Shown: positions 1 through 12,330 of the stretch, piece after piece
Layout of the letters: every line of letters begins with the position of its first letter
Numbering within the stretch: the stretch's first letter is position 1
The notes under the pieces: generated by a model
Database searches by the model: none
Told to the model about the DNA's origin: nothing
What the model saw: only the letters and a program-made list of their open reading frames with translations
Source: the human T2T-CHM13v2.0 reference genome, Homo sapiens
NCBI RefSeq assembly: GCF_009914755.1
Contig: NC_060928.1
Direction: 5' to 3' (one strand)
Length of the DNA: 64,000 nucleotides
Translations under genes and position numbers: made by a program

Positions 1-884
1 AAACTAAAAAATTCAGGTACTGATGACTTTATTTTATTTAATAGAGTTATTTTATATACATTGCCTAAGAGTGTTTATGGTATAGAACATAGGGGTTCTG
101 TAATACCACAGAAGTGAGAAAACACGCCTCTACTTTTGCCATACAAATAAATGTATACAGAAAAGACTAATGTGTATTAAATAGTTTCTTTAGAACTTAG
201 ATAAAGTCTGAGATTTTTAGAATCACACACACAGCCTTGGTGAAATTATGTAGATTAAAATGTTTTTCAATTATTCATACAACTCTGTAGTTTGTGAGCC
301 TAAGCAGCAGGAAGCAAAGAGAAACAGTGAGGTGAGGAGATGAAAAAGAGTATCAAATCAACCCGATCTAGTAAGAATAATGGTAGCCTATCTTGTGAAG
401 GCTACACGCGTAGGTTAAACATTCCCAGTCTATGAAATAAAAGATGACAGAATTGCATCCTAACTTTAGGCAACAATTGTGCAACAATTCTTAGTAAATA
501 TGCATATGTTTATAATATAAGGTAGTCACTAGAGGGTCTAATGAATCATCATTGATCTGATTAATATGAACAACTACACGAGGGAGAAAGTAAAATCTGA
601 AGTGGAAATTATCCAAATGCAATTTTGCAATGGACTTGTACTTCTGTCTTTCTGCAGAATTCAGATAACAATGACTTTTTAAAATTCTGCTAACGAAATA
701 TTGTAGACAACAGAAAAGGGCAGACTAGATGAATATACTATATCTGTGACAGAGTAGGCGTATTACACATGGACAGACACAATCCATCTTAAATCATTGT
801 CTGTAAGACAATCTACTGTTTTTATCTATCCAGTCCCAGCCAAATAATCTTAAATATCATTAAGGAGTTAGTAGACATATGATA

Positions 885-1030
885 CTACTGCACTACTTGG
901 GTTTGAATCCTGGCTTAGACAAGTTAAATAGTTTATGGCTCAATTTTGTCATTGGTAAAGCTGGGGAAAACACTAGTAATTATTTCCTAAATTTCTTATA
1001 AAGGTTAAATAAGGTAGTATGTGTACATAT
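885..1030 (+). mobile_element. MIR SINE remnant
   Basis: Degenerate MIR core: gggtttgaatcctggct...caagttaaat...ctcaattttgtcattggtaaagctgggga...aaggttaaataaggta. Confidence 0.6.
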
Positions 1031-1040
1031 TAGATAACTC

Positions 1041-1046
<6 letters not shown>

Positions 1047-1071
<25 letters not shown>
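1047..1071. repeat. (TG)n microsatellite
   Basis: About 12 perfect TG units. Confidence 0.95.
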
Positions 1072-1242
1072 ACAAATTATCAGGTATTACTACAATTGTT
1101 AACACAGCTCTATCATGGAAATCCATAAGAGTTATTGAAGGAGGTGTTTTTGATCCATCGCTATTGAACAAGCTTAGTTGAACTGACTTTTAGGAGCTTG
1201 GCTCCCTTCTTTATTATGCTCTGTAAACTGTTATCCTGAAGA

Positions 1243-1480
1243 TAATAATAGCTGACTCTCATTGTGTAATCACCATATGTCAGACACATTGTGTATTAAA
1301 CCTTTTAATTATGATAAATGAATGAATATATACATAATACATGCAACAGTTACTCACACTATACCCATTTTTATTTTATGGGAACTGAAGCATAGAAAGC
1401 TCAATGATTTACTATAATCAAACATAAGATCAGAAGCAGATTTGAAGTTATACATTCACAAGTCCATGTCCAAGCCTGCC
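1243..1480 (-). mobile_element. MIR SINE remnant
   Basis: ataataatagctgac...cccatttttattttatgggaactgaagcatagaaag...gcagatttgaa resembles reverse-strand MIR. Confidence 0.6.
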
Positions 1481-1552
1481 TCTCACATCTCTTTTCCTGC
1501 CTCTTAGTGATGGAGATGTTCCTTTTTCTCCCTTAATCTTTCCCTCTCATTG

Positions 1553-1906
1553 TCCTCCTCCTCCCTCTCCTCCTCCTCCCCCTCCTCCTCCCCCTCCTCC
1601 CCCTCCTCCCCCTCCCCCTTCCCCTCCCCGTCCTCCTTCTCCTCCTCCTCCTCATTCTCCTCTTCCTCCTCCTCCTTTTCCCTGTTCTCCTAGTTAGCCT
1701 TTGCATGATTACTAATGGAAGAGTAACAGAATGTGATTCAGTTTGTACTGAATCCTCCTCCTCCTCCTCCTCTTCTTCCTCCTCCTCCCCCTCCTCCTCT
1801 TTCTCCTCCTCCTCCTCCCCCTCCTCCTCCTCCTTTTCCCTGTTCTCCTAGTTAGTCTTTGCATGATTACTAATGGAAGAGTAACAGAATGTGATTCAGT
1901 TTGTAC
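1553..1906. repeat. (CCT/CCCCT)n polypyrimidine tract within a 158-bp tandem duplication
   Basis: 73-bp unique segment at 1676-1748 repeated at 1834-1906 with 1 mismatch; each copy preceded by CCT-rich tract. Confidence 0.95.
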
Positions 1907-2330
1907 CTCCATCGTTTCTGCCTGCTGGGTGAAGAGACTGCAAAGGGTCCAGGGAGGAAGGAGGAGTGCTAGTGGATGAAAATTCTGGAAAGACATAATG
2001 GTTCCTTAGATTGGGGTGTTCATGATCAATGTATTGAGAAATTAGACTCTGGATATACATCTAAGGTGCGGTCGAAGCAGCTTATTTTGACATTAACAGG
2101 TACCCCCAATGATAATAGCAGCAGGAGTTGTGCAGATTAACTATGTGGGCACCATAGCCAGGTAACTGAGTACATATCATAGGGTTAGCAGTTTCTCAGT
2201 AATAGCTAAATTTGAACATGCATTTATTGAGTAGATGTATATCTATGACTATCAATGAACTAGTGTTTTCCTTGTGCAGACATCATTTTTGAGGATGATA
2301 TTTGACTGTTACAAAGGTAGCATTTAAAAA

Positions 2331-2389
2331 AATGGGACAGAGGCAGTCCCATTCTATGGGACAGAGATAGTCCCAATCTATGATTGGGA
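2331..2389. repeat. 24-bp tandem duplication with internal inverted repeats
   Basis: atgggacagaggcagtcccattct (2332-2355) / atgggacagagatagtcccaatct (2356-2379). Confidence 0.85.
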
Positions 2390-4393
2390 ATGAGGGTGAG
2401 TGCTATGTGGCTGTAAGTGGAAATAAAGGAAAAGATGAAGGTCTACAGACTTGGAACCTCAAAATGTTTAGAGCACCAGAATATTCACAGGAGTTCTAGA
2501 GTTAGCAGTGGCAAAAGATCCAAATGGGCAGATTAGTGGTAGAACAGATAAAGGCATTGATAATGGGTCATTCTTTACAAATCAGATAAGATCAAGGTTT
2601 TGTAGACCAGAGGCTCATACAGTTCTGGCTATCTACCTTGAGAAAATAAATAAAAAACAATAAATATAAAGTGTGGGTTATTTTCTTGCAAGAGACCAAT
2701 GTAAAGTAGTGGCCCAGAAGTTTAAGCTTGGTTAGCTCCACAGTAAATCTACTACCAATTACAGAATATATATGTGAAATACATTTTTTTAATTCATACT
2801 TAATGTCTTACAAAAACATCACCTATAAAAATAGTGAAAATTGAAATTCTTAAAATTAAAAAAAATTGTACATTGTAAAGTATATATCTCAAATTGTTTC
2901 CAAGATCCCTCCTTATGCCTTTTGTGATCCAAATACTTTAAAAAATTATTTTCTGAAAAAAACTGTTATGCAGTTTGAGTTACTTATGATTGCTATTATT
3001 TTTTATGTGAATTTTTTTACAGATCATACAAATACTTATTAAAACAGAGGACATGTTCAGCTCTGGACATCTGTTTAGAAAATGAAATACGGATCTGAAA
3101 TATTTCAAAAATTGAAAACGAAGTTAAGAGTTTAGTCCTTTAAGAAATGATGAGGAGACCAACATCATCTGATAAAGGAGATTGCGACAGACTACAAATG
3201 GGCTGTTTGTACTTGGCTATCCCCAAATTGCTGTCTTTTATCTTGTCTATGTGAAATCGTGAGATGAGGAAAACAGTATTTATTTTCAATTAGAACCCCA
3301 TTTTTTTTTCTGTAAACTCTTACTGCAACCAGTGTCTGATCTGTACATTTTGTGGCCAAATTGAGGGAACTGAAAATAAATCTTTTTCAAAATCAATTTT
3401 TATTTTTCCCCAAGGATTCCACTTTTCACTGTTTATAGCCCCATTATTTCTCTAAATTCATGTTTTTCATACATCCAAGTCCTTTTCCCTTCTTTTAGAC
3501 TTTAGCAAGGAATTTATTGAAAGTTTTGATAATTATCAGGGAACAGGTTTAGCATTTCTTTAGTTAAGAACCTGTTCTAAATTATCTTTGAGAGAAGAAT
3601 AAAGGGAAACTGAAACTCTTCCTTGGCCCCTTTACCCCACCCTCCAAGGACAGTATGTCTACCCATTGGAGTAGGCTTCTTTTTTGGAATGCCACCCAAA
3701 TCCCTTGAGATTCTTTGTATTGGTTTGATGAGCCTTCTGCCCCTTAAGTTCTTAAGTACTTTTATTCTGCATTAGACTGAAGAAAAGTAAACAGAATAGA
3801 TGAAATGTCCTAAATTAGTTTTGAACCATTTGGATTGGATAAATCTACCTTGGGTAAAGAACTATCACAGTCAACAGAAATCTCTGGGCCTTCCAGTGAT
3901 CCCTGGGGCTAAATTCCTAGATAGTAATTATGTGTTCCTTTGGCAGAAACTGACTTGTGAAAATGTGAAAAGGGCCAATTACCACATTAAAATCGACTCT
4001 TAATTATACCAGACTGTTATATCAACAGCACAAAAGCTACCCAACTTCACTTTCCTTTCAAATAGAGGTAACTATTGAGAAACATAAGCACAAAAATGCA
4101 ACTATTAATTTGAGCAATAGTGGAAGACATTTGCTAGAAATCACCACATGTTAGCTGGCACTAAGCTAACAACAAAGGAGGGTAGGGAATTTACTCTCTC
4201 TGTGAATCCTGGAAAAGGAAAAGGAAATGGTATTTGGTAAACATGTGTTGGCATCTCCATTATGCTGACTAAGGAGGTATTTCAGTTAGCTTTTGCCATA
4301 TATTAAACTAATCCCTAACGTAGTGGCTTAAAACAGTCATGATGTTCATTACTGCTCAATTCTGTAGGTCATCTTGATTTTCCATGTGGTGTG

Positions 4394-4864
4394 TGTAAAA
4401 GTTAAAGAAAGAGAAAAGAAACATAAAATGTGGCTTAACAGTTAAAAACAGGTTTATTTTGGGGAATAAACCTGAGAGGGGCTTCTGGCCGATTTTTTTG
4501 GTCAGGAGTGCTCTCTCTTACAGACTAAGACTATTGGTTTCAGGGTGAGAGAGCTCATCATAAGCTTAGAATGTTTCTGTGGCGGGAAGAAGTTTAAGGT
4601 GGGTTTGGAATGTCTCTGGTTGGATGGGACATTATCTTGGGGCTGACATTATCTCTTTGGCCAGAGGGAAGGTTATCTTGGGGCTGGCATGTCTCTGGTC
4701 AAGGAGGGGTTTTGAATGTTTCTGGTCGAAGATGTCATTTATTGTTTATGGTGATGCTGACCTTAACCATTGGGTTGATGACTTTTGGATTTAGGAGTTT
4801 TGGGATCAAGATGAACTTTAGAATAATGGTGCTTGTCCAAGATGGCGATGCTCCTGCTCTGTCA
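4394..4864 (-). mobile_element. ERV1 solo LTR (LTR15-like)
   Basis: Reverse strand begins TGACAGAGCAGGAGCATCGCCATCTTGGACAAGCACC and ends ...TTTTACA; ~470 bp with TG..CA termini; family name from memory. Confidence 0.7.
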
Positions 4865-4876
4865 CTTTGGGCAAGG

Positions 4877-5176
4877 TTTATTTATTTTTTATTTATTTAT
4901 TCATTTTTGACAGAGTCTTGCTCTGTCGCCCAAGCTGGAGTGCAGTGCTCATTACAACCTCCGCCTCCTGGGTTCAAGCAATTCTCCTGTCTCAGTCTCA
5001 CAAGTAGCTGGGATTACAGGCATGTGTCACCACACCCAACTAATTTTTGTATTTTTAGTAGAGATGGGGTTTTATTATGTTGGCCAGGTTGGTCTTGAAC
5101 TCCCAACCTCAGGTGATCTGCCCATCTTGGCCTCCCAAAATGCTGGGATTACAGGTGTGAGCCACTGTGCCTGGCC
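4877..5176 (-). mobile_element. AluS element
   Basis: Reverse Alu with (TTTA)n tail, aacctcaggtgatctgccc, ends gtgagccactgtgcctggcc; small deletion near gtgcagtg|ctca. Confidence 0.95.
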
Positions 5177-5623
5177 AGTGGGTCAGTTTTGATGGTCTTG
5201 CTCTCTCACTTTTATCTATGGTCAGCTGGCAGCTTGTCTGGATGCTGCCTGATACCACATGACCCCACTCTTGCAGCTGGCTACTGGCAAGCTGGTGGAT
5301 CCTCAGGTGGGATGGCTCATCTCAGCTATCTGTGGTCTCTCAGTTTCCAGTAAGCTATGTCAGCTTTGTTTACATGGCAATCTCAGATTTTCAAGCACAC
5401 GAAGAGTGAGCCCTGAGGTATTTTCAAATCTCTGCTTGTGTCACATTTTGTAACATGCCATGAGTCAAAGGAAGTAATATCGTCAAGTACAGATATACGG
5501 AGTGGAGAAATAAACTTCATCTCTTGGTTGAAACAGCTTTAAACTTACTTTGCCAAAAGGTGTGCATATAAGGCATGCAACACTTGTGGCCACTTTTGCA
5601 AACTGTATGCTTGTTGCTGCTGA

Positions 5624-6003
<380 letters not shown>

Positions 6004-6658
6004 TTCAAAGTATGTTCTTGATCACAGCAAATTCCATTTAGAAACAAAATTGTTTCCCTACATACTTCTGAATTTTTCTGTGCAAACTTTTTGAGCTATT
6101 GATCAGTGGGAAAAAAACCCTATCTGTCTTAATATTTCTATGTTATATTGCTTGTCTAAAGGCATCTTTAGAGTTAAAGACAATAAAAGCAATATTTTAT
6201 TTTCAACAAAGTGAAAGCATCTAATGGTATTTGAGAGTCAGTGACTACATGCCAGAATCTTGTTTCTCCCTTCTTAACGCTATGATTTATGGATTGTGCA
6301 TATGCTTAAACTTCTCTAAAGAATTTCCAGGAAACTACTGCATGATGTCTACATTAATTTTGGTAAGAAATCATACATTTCAAACAGTTGGCTAAAGCAT
6401 ACTGGGAAGTTGGATGACATGCAGAGTTTCTACAAAATTTTTAAATGCTGGGGGCTCTTCCAAAGCAGTAGGACTAAATGATGACCTTTTGCAATATCCC
6501 CTCTGGAGATCAGGTAAAAAGTAATGATTGAATTCTTTCTAGTTGTCAGGTAAGTTTATGTCCGTTTTGTTATAATCTTGATCATTACACTGATTCAAAT
6601 TGTCACATTGTTGGCTATGATATCAGAGAAAGAGAGAGGAAAGGGAGTAAGAAATAAT

Positions 6659-6683
6659 AGAGAGAGAGAGAGAGAGAGAGAGA
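6659..6683. repeat. (AG)n microsatellite
   Basis: About 12 AG units. Confidence 0.95.
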
Positions 6684-7334
6684 TGGCCTGCCATACAGTC
6701 TAATATTTATCAACGCAATGGTTTTCTAAAATATATTTCATGCAGCATTAGCATTAAAGATGTTTGGAGGATTTATTTTTAAAATAAAAATCTTGGGGTA
6801 GCAGAAGAAAATAGTTTGGGAGATAATACCTATGATTTTTCTCCTTTTGGGATATCCACAGTATACATCAGAATAATTAAATGCCTTGAAAAAATCTTTA
6901 CAAACCTACCTATACTTGTTTACTGCCTGTTTTTGAAAGAGTATAATAGAGCACTTATCAAAAAAACTTGATAAGATCAGTTGGCTCTCTGAAGAATAGG
7001 AGCCAGAGTAGGAGGGAAACAGAAAGGGATATTCCTACCTACCTGCAGGAAGCAGTGATGACCATATCAGATGCTCATTCTTATGGTACGCTAAAATCCA
7101 ACCTTGCTCAAGCTTTGGGCAATCAAGAAAGCAGAAATCTAGTGCACAATCACTACTCAGAGGGAGCCATTAATTATGTTGAGCTAAAGGAGGAGAATAT
7201 GAGAGAAAGAAACAATTAGAAATTTCAGTCAATTCTTTAGTTTCACCATCAAATACACTGGATTTACCTTCTTTACTCAGTGTTTGTTTTAAAGTATACA
7301 CAATTGTTTTGAAACCTGCAGACAGTTCAAGGAT

Positions 7335-7367
<33 letters not shown>
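7335..7367. repeat. (TA)n(TG)n compound microsatellite
   Basis: Directly visible. Confidence 0.95.
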
Positions 7368-10300
7368 AATTCTTTAATAGTTACTTACTCATGCAGCATC
7401 GTTAGCAACTGGTTAGGAAAGGATGCATATAGAAAAATAATATTAGCTTAATTAAGATACAAAAGGCATGTAATATATTATTTGTAAAAAAAGATGTGAT
7501 ATTTTAGTATATATGACTCTTATGGTTTTTGCACCAAAGTTACCTGAATTAGTTTTTTATGGTGTAACAATGATTTAAACTGGCCACTAAATATTAAGCC
7601 CTAGACATCCTTGACCCTTCTTCATAGTCTTCATCCATCCCACCCTTTAATTTCGTTCTGACCACTACAAATACTCCTCTGCAACTTCAGTAACCTAATC
7701 AAATCACTACTCCCATTTTATGCCCCTAGACACTTTCACATTCAAGACTGACCTTCCCTCTATGATACACATACATGAACTATTTATGAGACACCAAGAG
7801 AATAAAAACAAATAGTAATAACACCTACTTTTTTCTCTCTTTAGTCATTATAAAATGACTTCTACTTTAGTTGTCTCTTTTAATACTTTAGAAGACAATG
7901 CAGGCCAACTTAATGGTGTACCAAAAACAAACAAACAAACAAAATTAGAAGCCCATTAACCATGCTTCCTGATTCCTTTTTGCTAGTTGAAAGCTATAAT
8001 GAGCCTGTGTTCCAGAGCAAACAATGGACACAATGTTAGTGACATTCTTGGATTGTGGTTTAGCATTATTGTAAATGTGGAAAAATTCCTGCCCACGAAA
8101 ACTTTTAGGTTTTGTTCGGGTTTCAGACACTTATGAAATAGAATGAGCAGAACAACCGCATATTCTTCTCCTCTCTTCTGTAATTAGCTTTTTGTAGTAC
8201 ACTCCTTGACTTCTGCTTATGAATTTCGTTCGTACATATAAAATCATAGTAGGCTGCCTGCGATCCATTTTCCTTCAAAACCATTAAGGCATAGATGGTA
8301 ATTTATCTTTCATTTGTTTATTTATTATTAAGCGTCACTAAAAAAAACTATTCACAATTATCTCATATATTTGAAAAATGGGCATACTTGGTAGTACCTA
8401 GGAATTAAGTATTTATGGCAGATGATGCTGACCAGAGTTAACCTAATCTCAGGCGTTCTACGTTTTTATCCAATGCAGAGAAACTGTGGTAATGTATTTT
8501 AATACTCCTTTGCATTCAAAGTTTTCAAGAATTCTGGACTTATAACCTATATGTAAGCTAATACGAGCACTTTTCTCAATCCAGAAAGTGTTATAAGAAT
8601 ATAGATATTCAAAGCAAATTTCTTGATTCAGCAGAAGGGCAGGAAAAAACAATAGATCTATCACCCCCTCTTCATGTAAATTTAAATGGTCAGATGTTCA
8701 GATGTTTTTCTATTATACTTGTGTCCCTATTTAAAGTACTTGTTTATGTCAAAACTTTGCTTAAAAGAAAACTGAATGAAATCTTCACAAATAGATGAGT
8801 CTGTAATTAATCATAGTCTGATGGACTCAATATGAGTATCTGGTCTAAAAGGGCCTCATTTAACCATGGTTTAAGGGACTTTGCCCAGTATATAACAATA
8901 GATCTGGAGATCATTCTAGCCACCACTCTCCAGGCTGATTCCTGATTCAACAGAACCCCATTTGGAGAGATCAGAGGAAACCCACAGAGATGTTGCTATG
9001 TATGATAGTAGAGATTACTGAAATCAGAGAACAGTTCCTAATTGTGAGACACCACTAATTCCAAAAGTGTTGAAATAATATAACACTTCCTCAATTTGGA
9101 TTTAAAATTATATCTCTCCTACATTATGTTAAAATAATGTCTAAATACTCATTTTCATTGTGTTTAATAATAATCATCCAAAGTTCATACTCGAAATGGA
9201 ATATATTTTGAATTATATGAAATACTTTAGGACTAGAGAACATGTTTTTATTTGGTCTTTCAAGATTGTTCATAATCATCCAAAGTATACTGGATAAAGT
9301 AGATTTATCTCCATGCTAAAGTATTTTAGTGCTAACTTCAGCTTGAAGAGTCTTTAGAAATGGAATCTATTACAGAAACTCAGGCAAGGACATAAGAATA
9401 TCTCTGCTAATGATTATATCTGTAAATAATATTGTTCATGCATATTTTCTCCTTTATTCATACTTTAAATTTCAACTAGCAGTCTTCAGAAAAAAAATTA
9501 AACACCAGGAGTATAAACTGTTAAGAATGACATACTAAAAATTGTAGCTTCGAGGGGGGATTTTGACTACTTGGCCTGCCTATCTATGCAATTCATGCTT
9601 AAAAATAATATGGAAAATTAAGAAGCTTCAATGAGAGAAATGGAAACTTGGAGAATTTTCTTGAGATGTTCGTGCTAAGGATAGTCAGAAAGTATAATTT
9701 TTCTCAAGGCATAGCCTCTTGAGCTGTGATCTTGTCAAGTCTTCGTAGCTGAGTAGGGTCAATTCCTCTCAGTGTTTGAATGTGAGATTTCAGGAGATGA
9801 CATAAAGTACGAAAGAAATACTGTTTCTGCTTTGTAAATATGGTATTACTTTATTCTTCTTTCAGGTTTCATCCAGGGCCCATAGAGAGCAAAATAAACT
9901 ATTGGCTCTGCTAACTTTCTTAAAAAAAAAAAACAGTAACTTTTTATTAGAAATGCCTGGACATGTTTTTGTAATTAGTTTGTGTTTTCTTAAAGTGTCA
10001 TAAATTGCCATGCATTTATTGTCTCTGGCACACTAAACATATTCCTACCACAGTTTCTTATTCTACATGCAAAATAGATTTAGAATAAAGAACTTTATAA
10101 TTTTTCAAAAAGGGAAGAGGAGTAAGGCTAAAACTGACGTTTTAGAGTACATAAGGAAAAGTAGTCCTGAATCGAAAGATAGAGATGATATTGAAATTAT
10201 TTAACAACCTGGTTGTGATAGATGCTTATCATTTGGAGTGTGCGCCAACTCTAAACAACAGAGCAGCACCCACAAGTGCATATGTGGTGCACATGAGCAC

Positions 10301-10687
10301 TAGCTTCAAGCCAGGGGCTTACAGTGACTACTATGCTTTGCTGAAGCAGGAATGGTATATTCTGTTCTCTTCTTCTTCTATATTTTACTTAAAAACAAAG
10401 GAGATTAATACTCTTGTTATCTTGGTGATCTTGTTATAGACATATGATCAACTACCTTTTATGATAACAGAAAAATAAAGGACAGAAAAGCCATGTCACC
10501 ACCCCAAATCTCTAGCTATACTAGAAAATATATTTATGCTCTCACAGGGCTAGTTAATAAAAAAAGGATAAATTATTTAAATAGATATATTAACTATTCT
10601 ATGAAAAATGCTGTTTTGGAATCACAAATAAAGTATTGACTTACATAGTTGGATAACGTACAAATCAATGTTCACATTACTCTAGAG

Positions 10688-10690
<3 letters not shown>

Positions 10691-10736
<46 letters not shown>
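10691..10736. repeat. (AT)23 microsatellite
   Basis: 46-bp perfect AT run. Confidence 0.97.
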
Positions 10737-10740
<4 letters not shown>

Positions 10741-10929
10741 TTATTTATAGTCATTTTGGCACAAGGGTGTATCTCATGTTGTGGAAATATATAGCCAACA
10801 TTTTGAAACTGTTTTCCAAAGAACGGTCTGTCTACCAGGCTTACCACTCTAATTTTCATGATTCTTCATTTATAAGCATTCCTAAGGCATCCTTGTGGTC
10901 ACATGCTATTGGCTGTCTCATCCTACCCT

Positions 10930-11485
10930 TCATCATTCCCTGTTCTTAGGCAGTTGCTTCTAACCTCATTAGTGCTTTCCAATGTTCCACATGACTGTCA
11001 GAAGGAGCTTTCAAAGATGCACGGCTAAGCTCACTGCTCATCTCAAAAACCAACACTGTCTGTTCTCTTTACATCTCTCAAACTTCACTTACTTCCATAT
11101 TCAAATTTCCTTTTCTCAAGCCACGTGTACTGCCATTTCATTTTAAAAATATTTTATGCTTTGAGAAACTTCGGGGTTTTTTTTTTTTTACATTTTCTAT
11201 TTCTGCTGTTGGAAGTTTTTTTTCCTGTCCCTGTATCTAGTCCTGTCCCCATATCTAGGCTGTGAGCTTTTTATCTGTGTTTCCATAACACACTGTGCTT
11301 CTGAACTTGACCTTATCCTGGCTCTATTCTCACACATAAAGAGATTCATTTGTTTGTATTTCTAGTGGAAATAAAATTTCTTTGTGGTTAGTGCCTGTTC
11401 CTGAATTCCCAACACTTGAAAAAAGGCTTAGCCTGTAATATATGCTCAATAAGTATTTATTGAATAAATATATTAATAAATAAAT
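10930..11485 (+). mobile_element. L2 LINE 3' remnant
   Basis: Ends with L2 3' signature atatatgctcaataagtatttattgaataaat; 5' boundary uncertain. Confidence 0.55.
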
Positions 11486-12079
11486 GATGGCAAAATAAAT
11501 AATGCTGAAAGGAAGCAAGATAGGAAGTACTATCTTGCAAGGATTTTCCAGACTATACACAAGTATTCTCCAAAACCCATTACAAAATTAAGATAAAGCT
11601 GTTTGCTACTCTTAGGTCTTCATCTCAAGTTGTTTTGTAAGTTTATTTTGACTCCTAGTTTGAAAATACCCTAGCACAAGCAACTCTTTTCAGGCATAAA
11701 CTTATAAGTTTATAGAGGAGACAGAAATTTGAACGGTGTTATTTTAGAAACCGTAACCACTTTCTCTGAAAAAAATTCCTTTAGACAGATGTAACCATAT
11801 CTGAATTTTCATAATTAGATTTATGATTTGGAACTTTAATATTTAAAACCTGAGGACACATTAGAAGAGTTTTTTTTCCTTCTTATCTTCAGTATCTTTC
11901 CATTTATGCCAATGAAGTGAAGTATTTTTTTGTGGAATAGGATAGAATTAGGTTCCAAATCCTGACCTATTTCTTCATTATCTTGTTATACTGAACTACA
12001 ATCTGAAATTTTCAAATGTTATCCACTGCTAAGTGGAAAGATAATAACAATTCTATGATATGAGAAGGAGTAAAAGACA

Positions 12080-12330
12080 GTAGATAAACAAATAGCTTCT
12101 AGAACAAAACTGCCCATGTTCAAATCTCAAGTACACAGGTTTATATATTGTGAGACTTTAGATGTATTACTTAGGTTAAGTCTAATACTTACCATCTGTC
12201 TATACAAGAAACCTAATACTACTACTACTAATATAAATATGTATCTTACAGATTTGTTCTGAGGGTTCATAGAGATAAACCAGAGCAAAGAATGTCTAGC
12301 TCATAGTGAGCGCTCAATAAGAGTTAGCTT
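12080..12330 (+). mobile_element. MIR SINE remnant
   Basis: gttcaaatctc...tgtgagactttaga...tcttacagatttgttctgaggg...catagtgagcgctcaataa. Confidence 0.65.

Larger units (their letters stand above)
4278..5608 (-). mobile_element. Old MaLR LTR (MLT1-type), split by a younger LTR and an Alu
   Basis: gtatttcagttagcttttgc...agtggcttaaaaca (reverse of MLT1 3' end); resumes after 5177 with tcaaatctctgcttgtgtcacatt...gtggccacttttgcaa. Confidence 0.65.

Noticed and set aside
1712-1996. Arg-rich, protamine-like 94-aa ORF
   Set aside because: The poly-Arg is simply translation of the (GGA)n strand of the simple repeat; no gene context
2331-2389. CRISPR-like palindromic direct repeats
   Set aside because: Only two adjacent copies, no spacers, no cas genes, and the DNA is primate
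4610-5098. Longest ORF (162 aa)
   Set aside because: Spans an antisense LTR and an antisense Alu, giving a typical Alu-derived peptide
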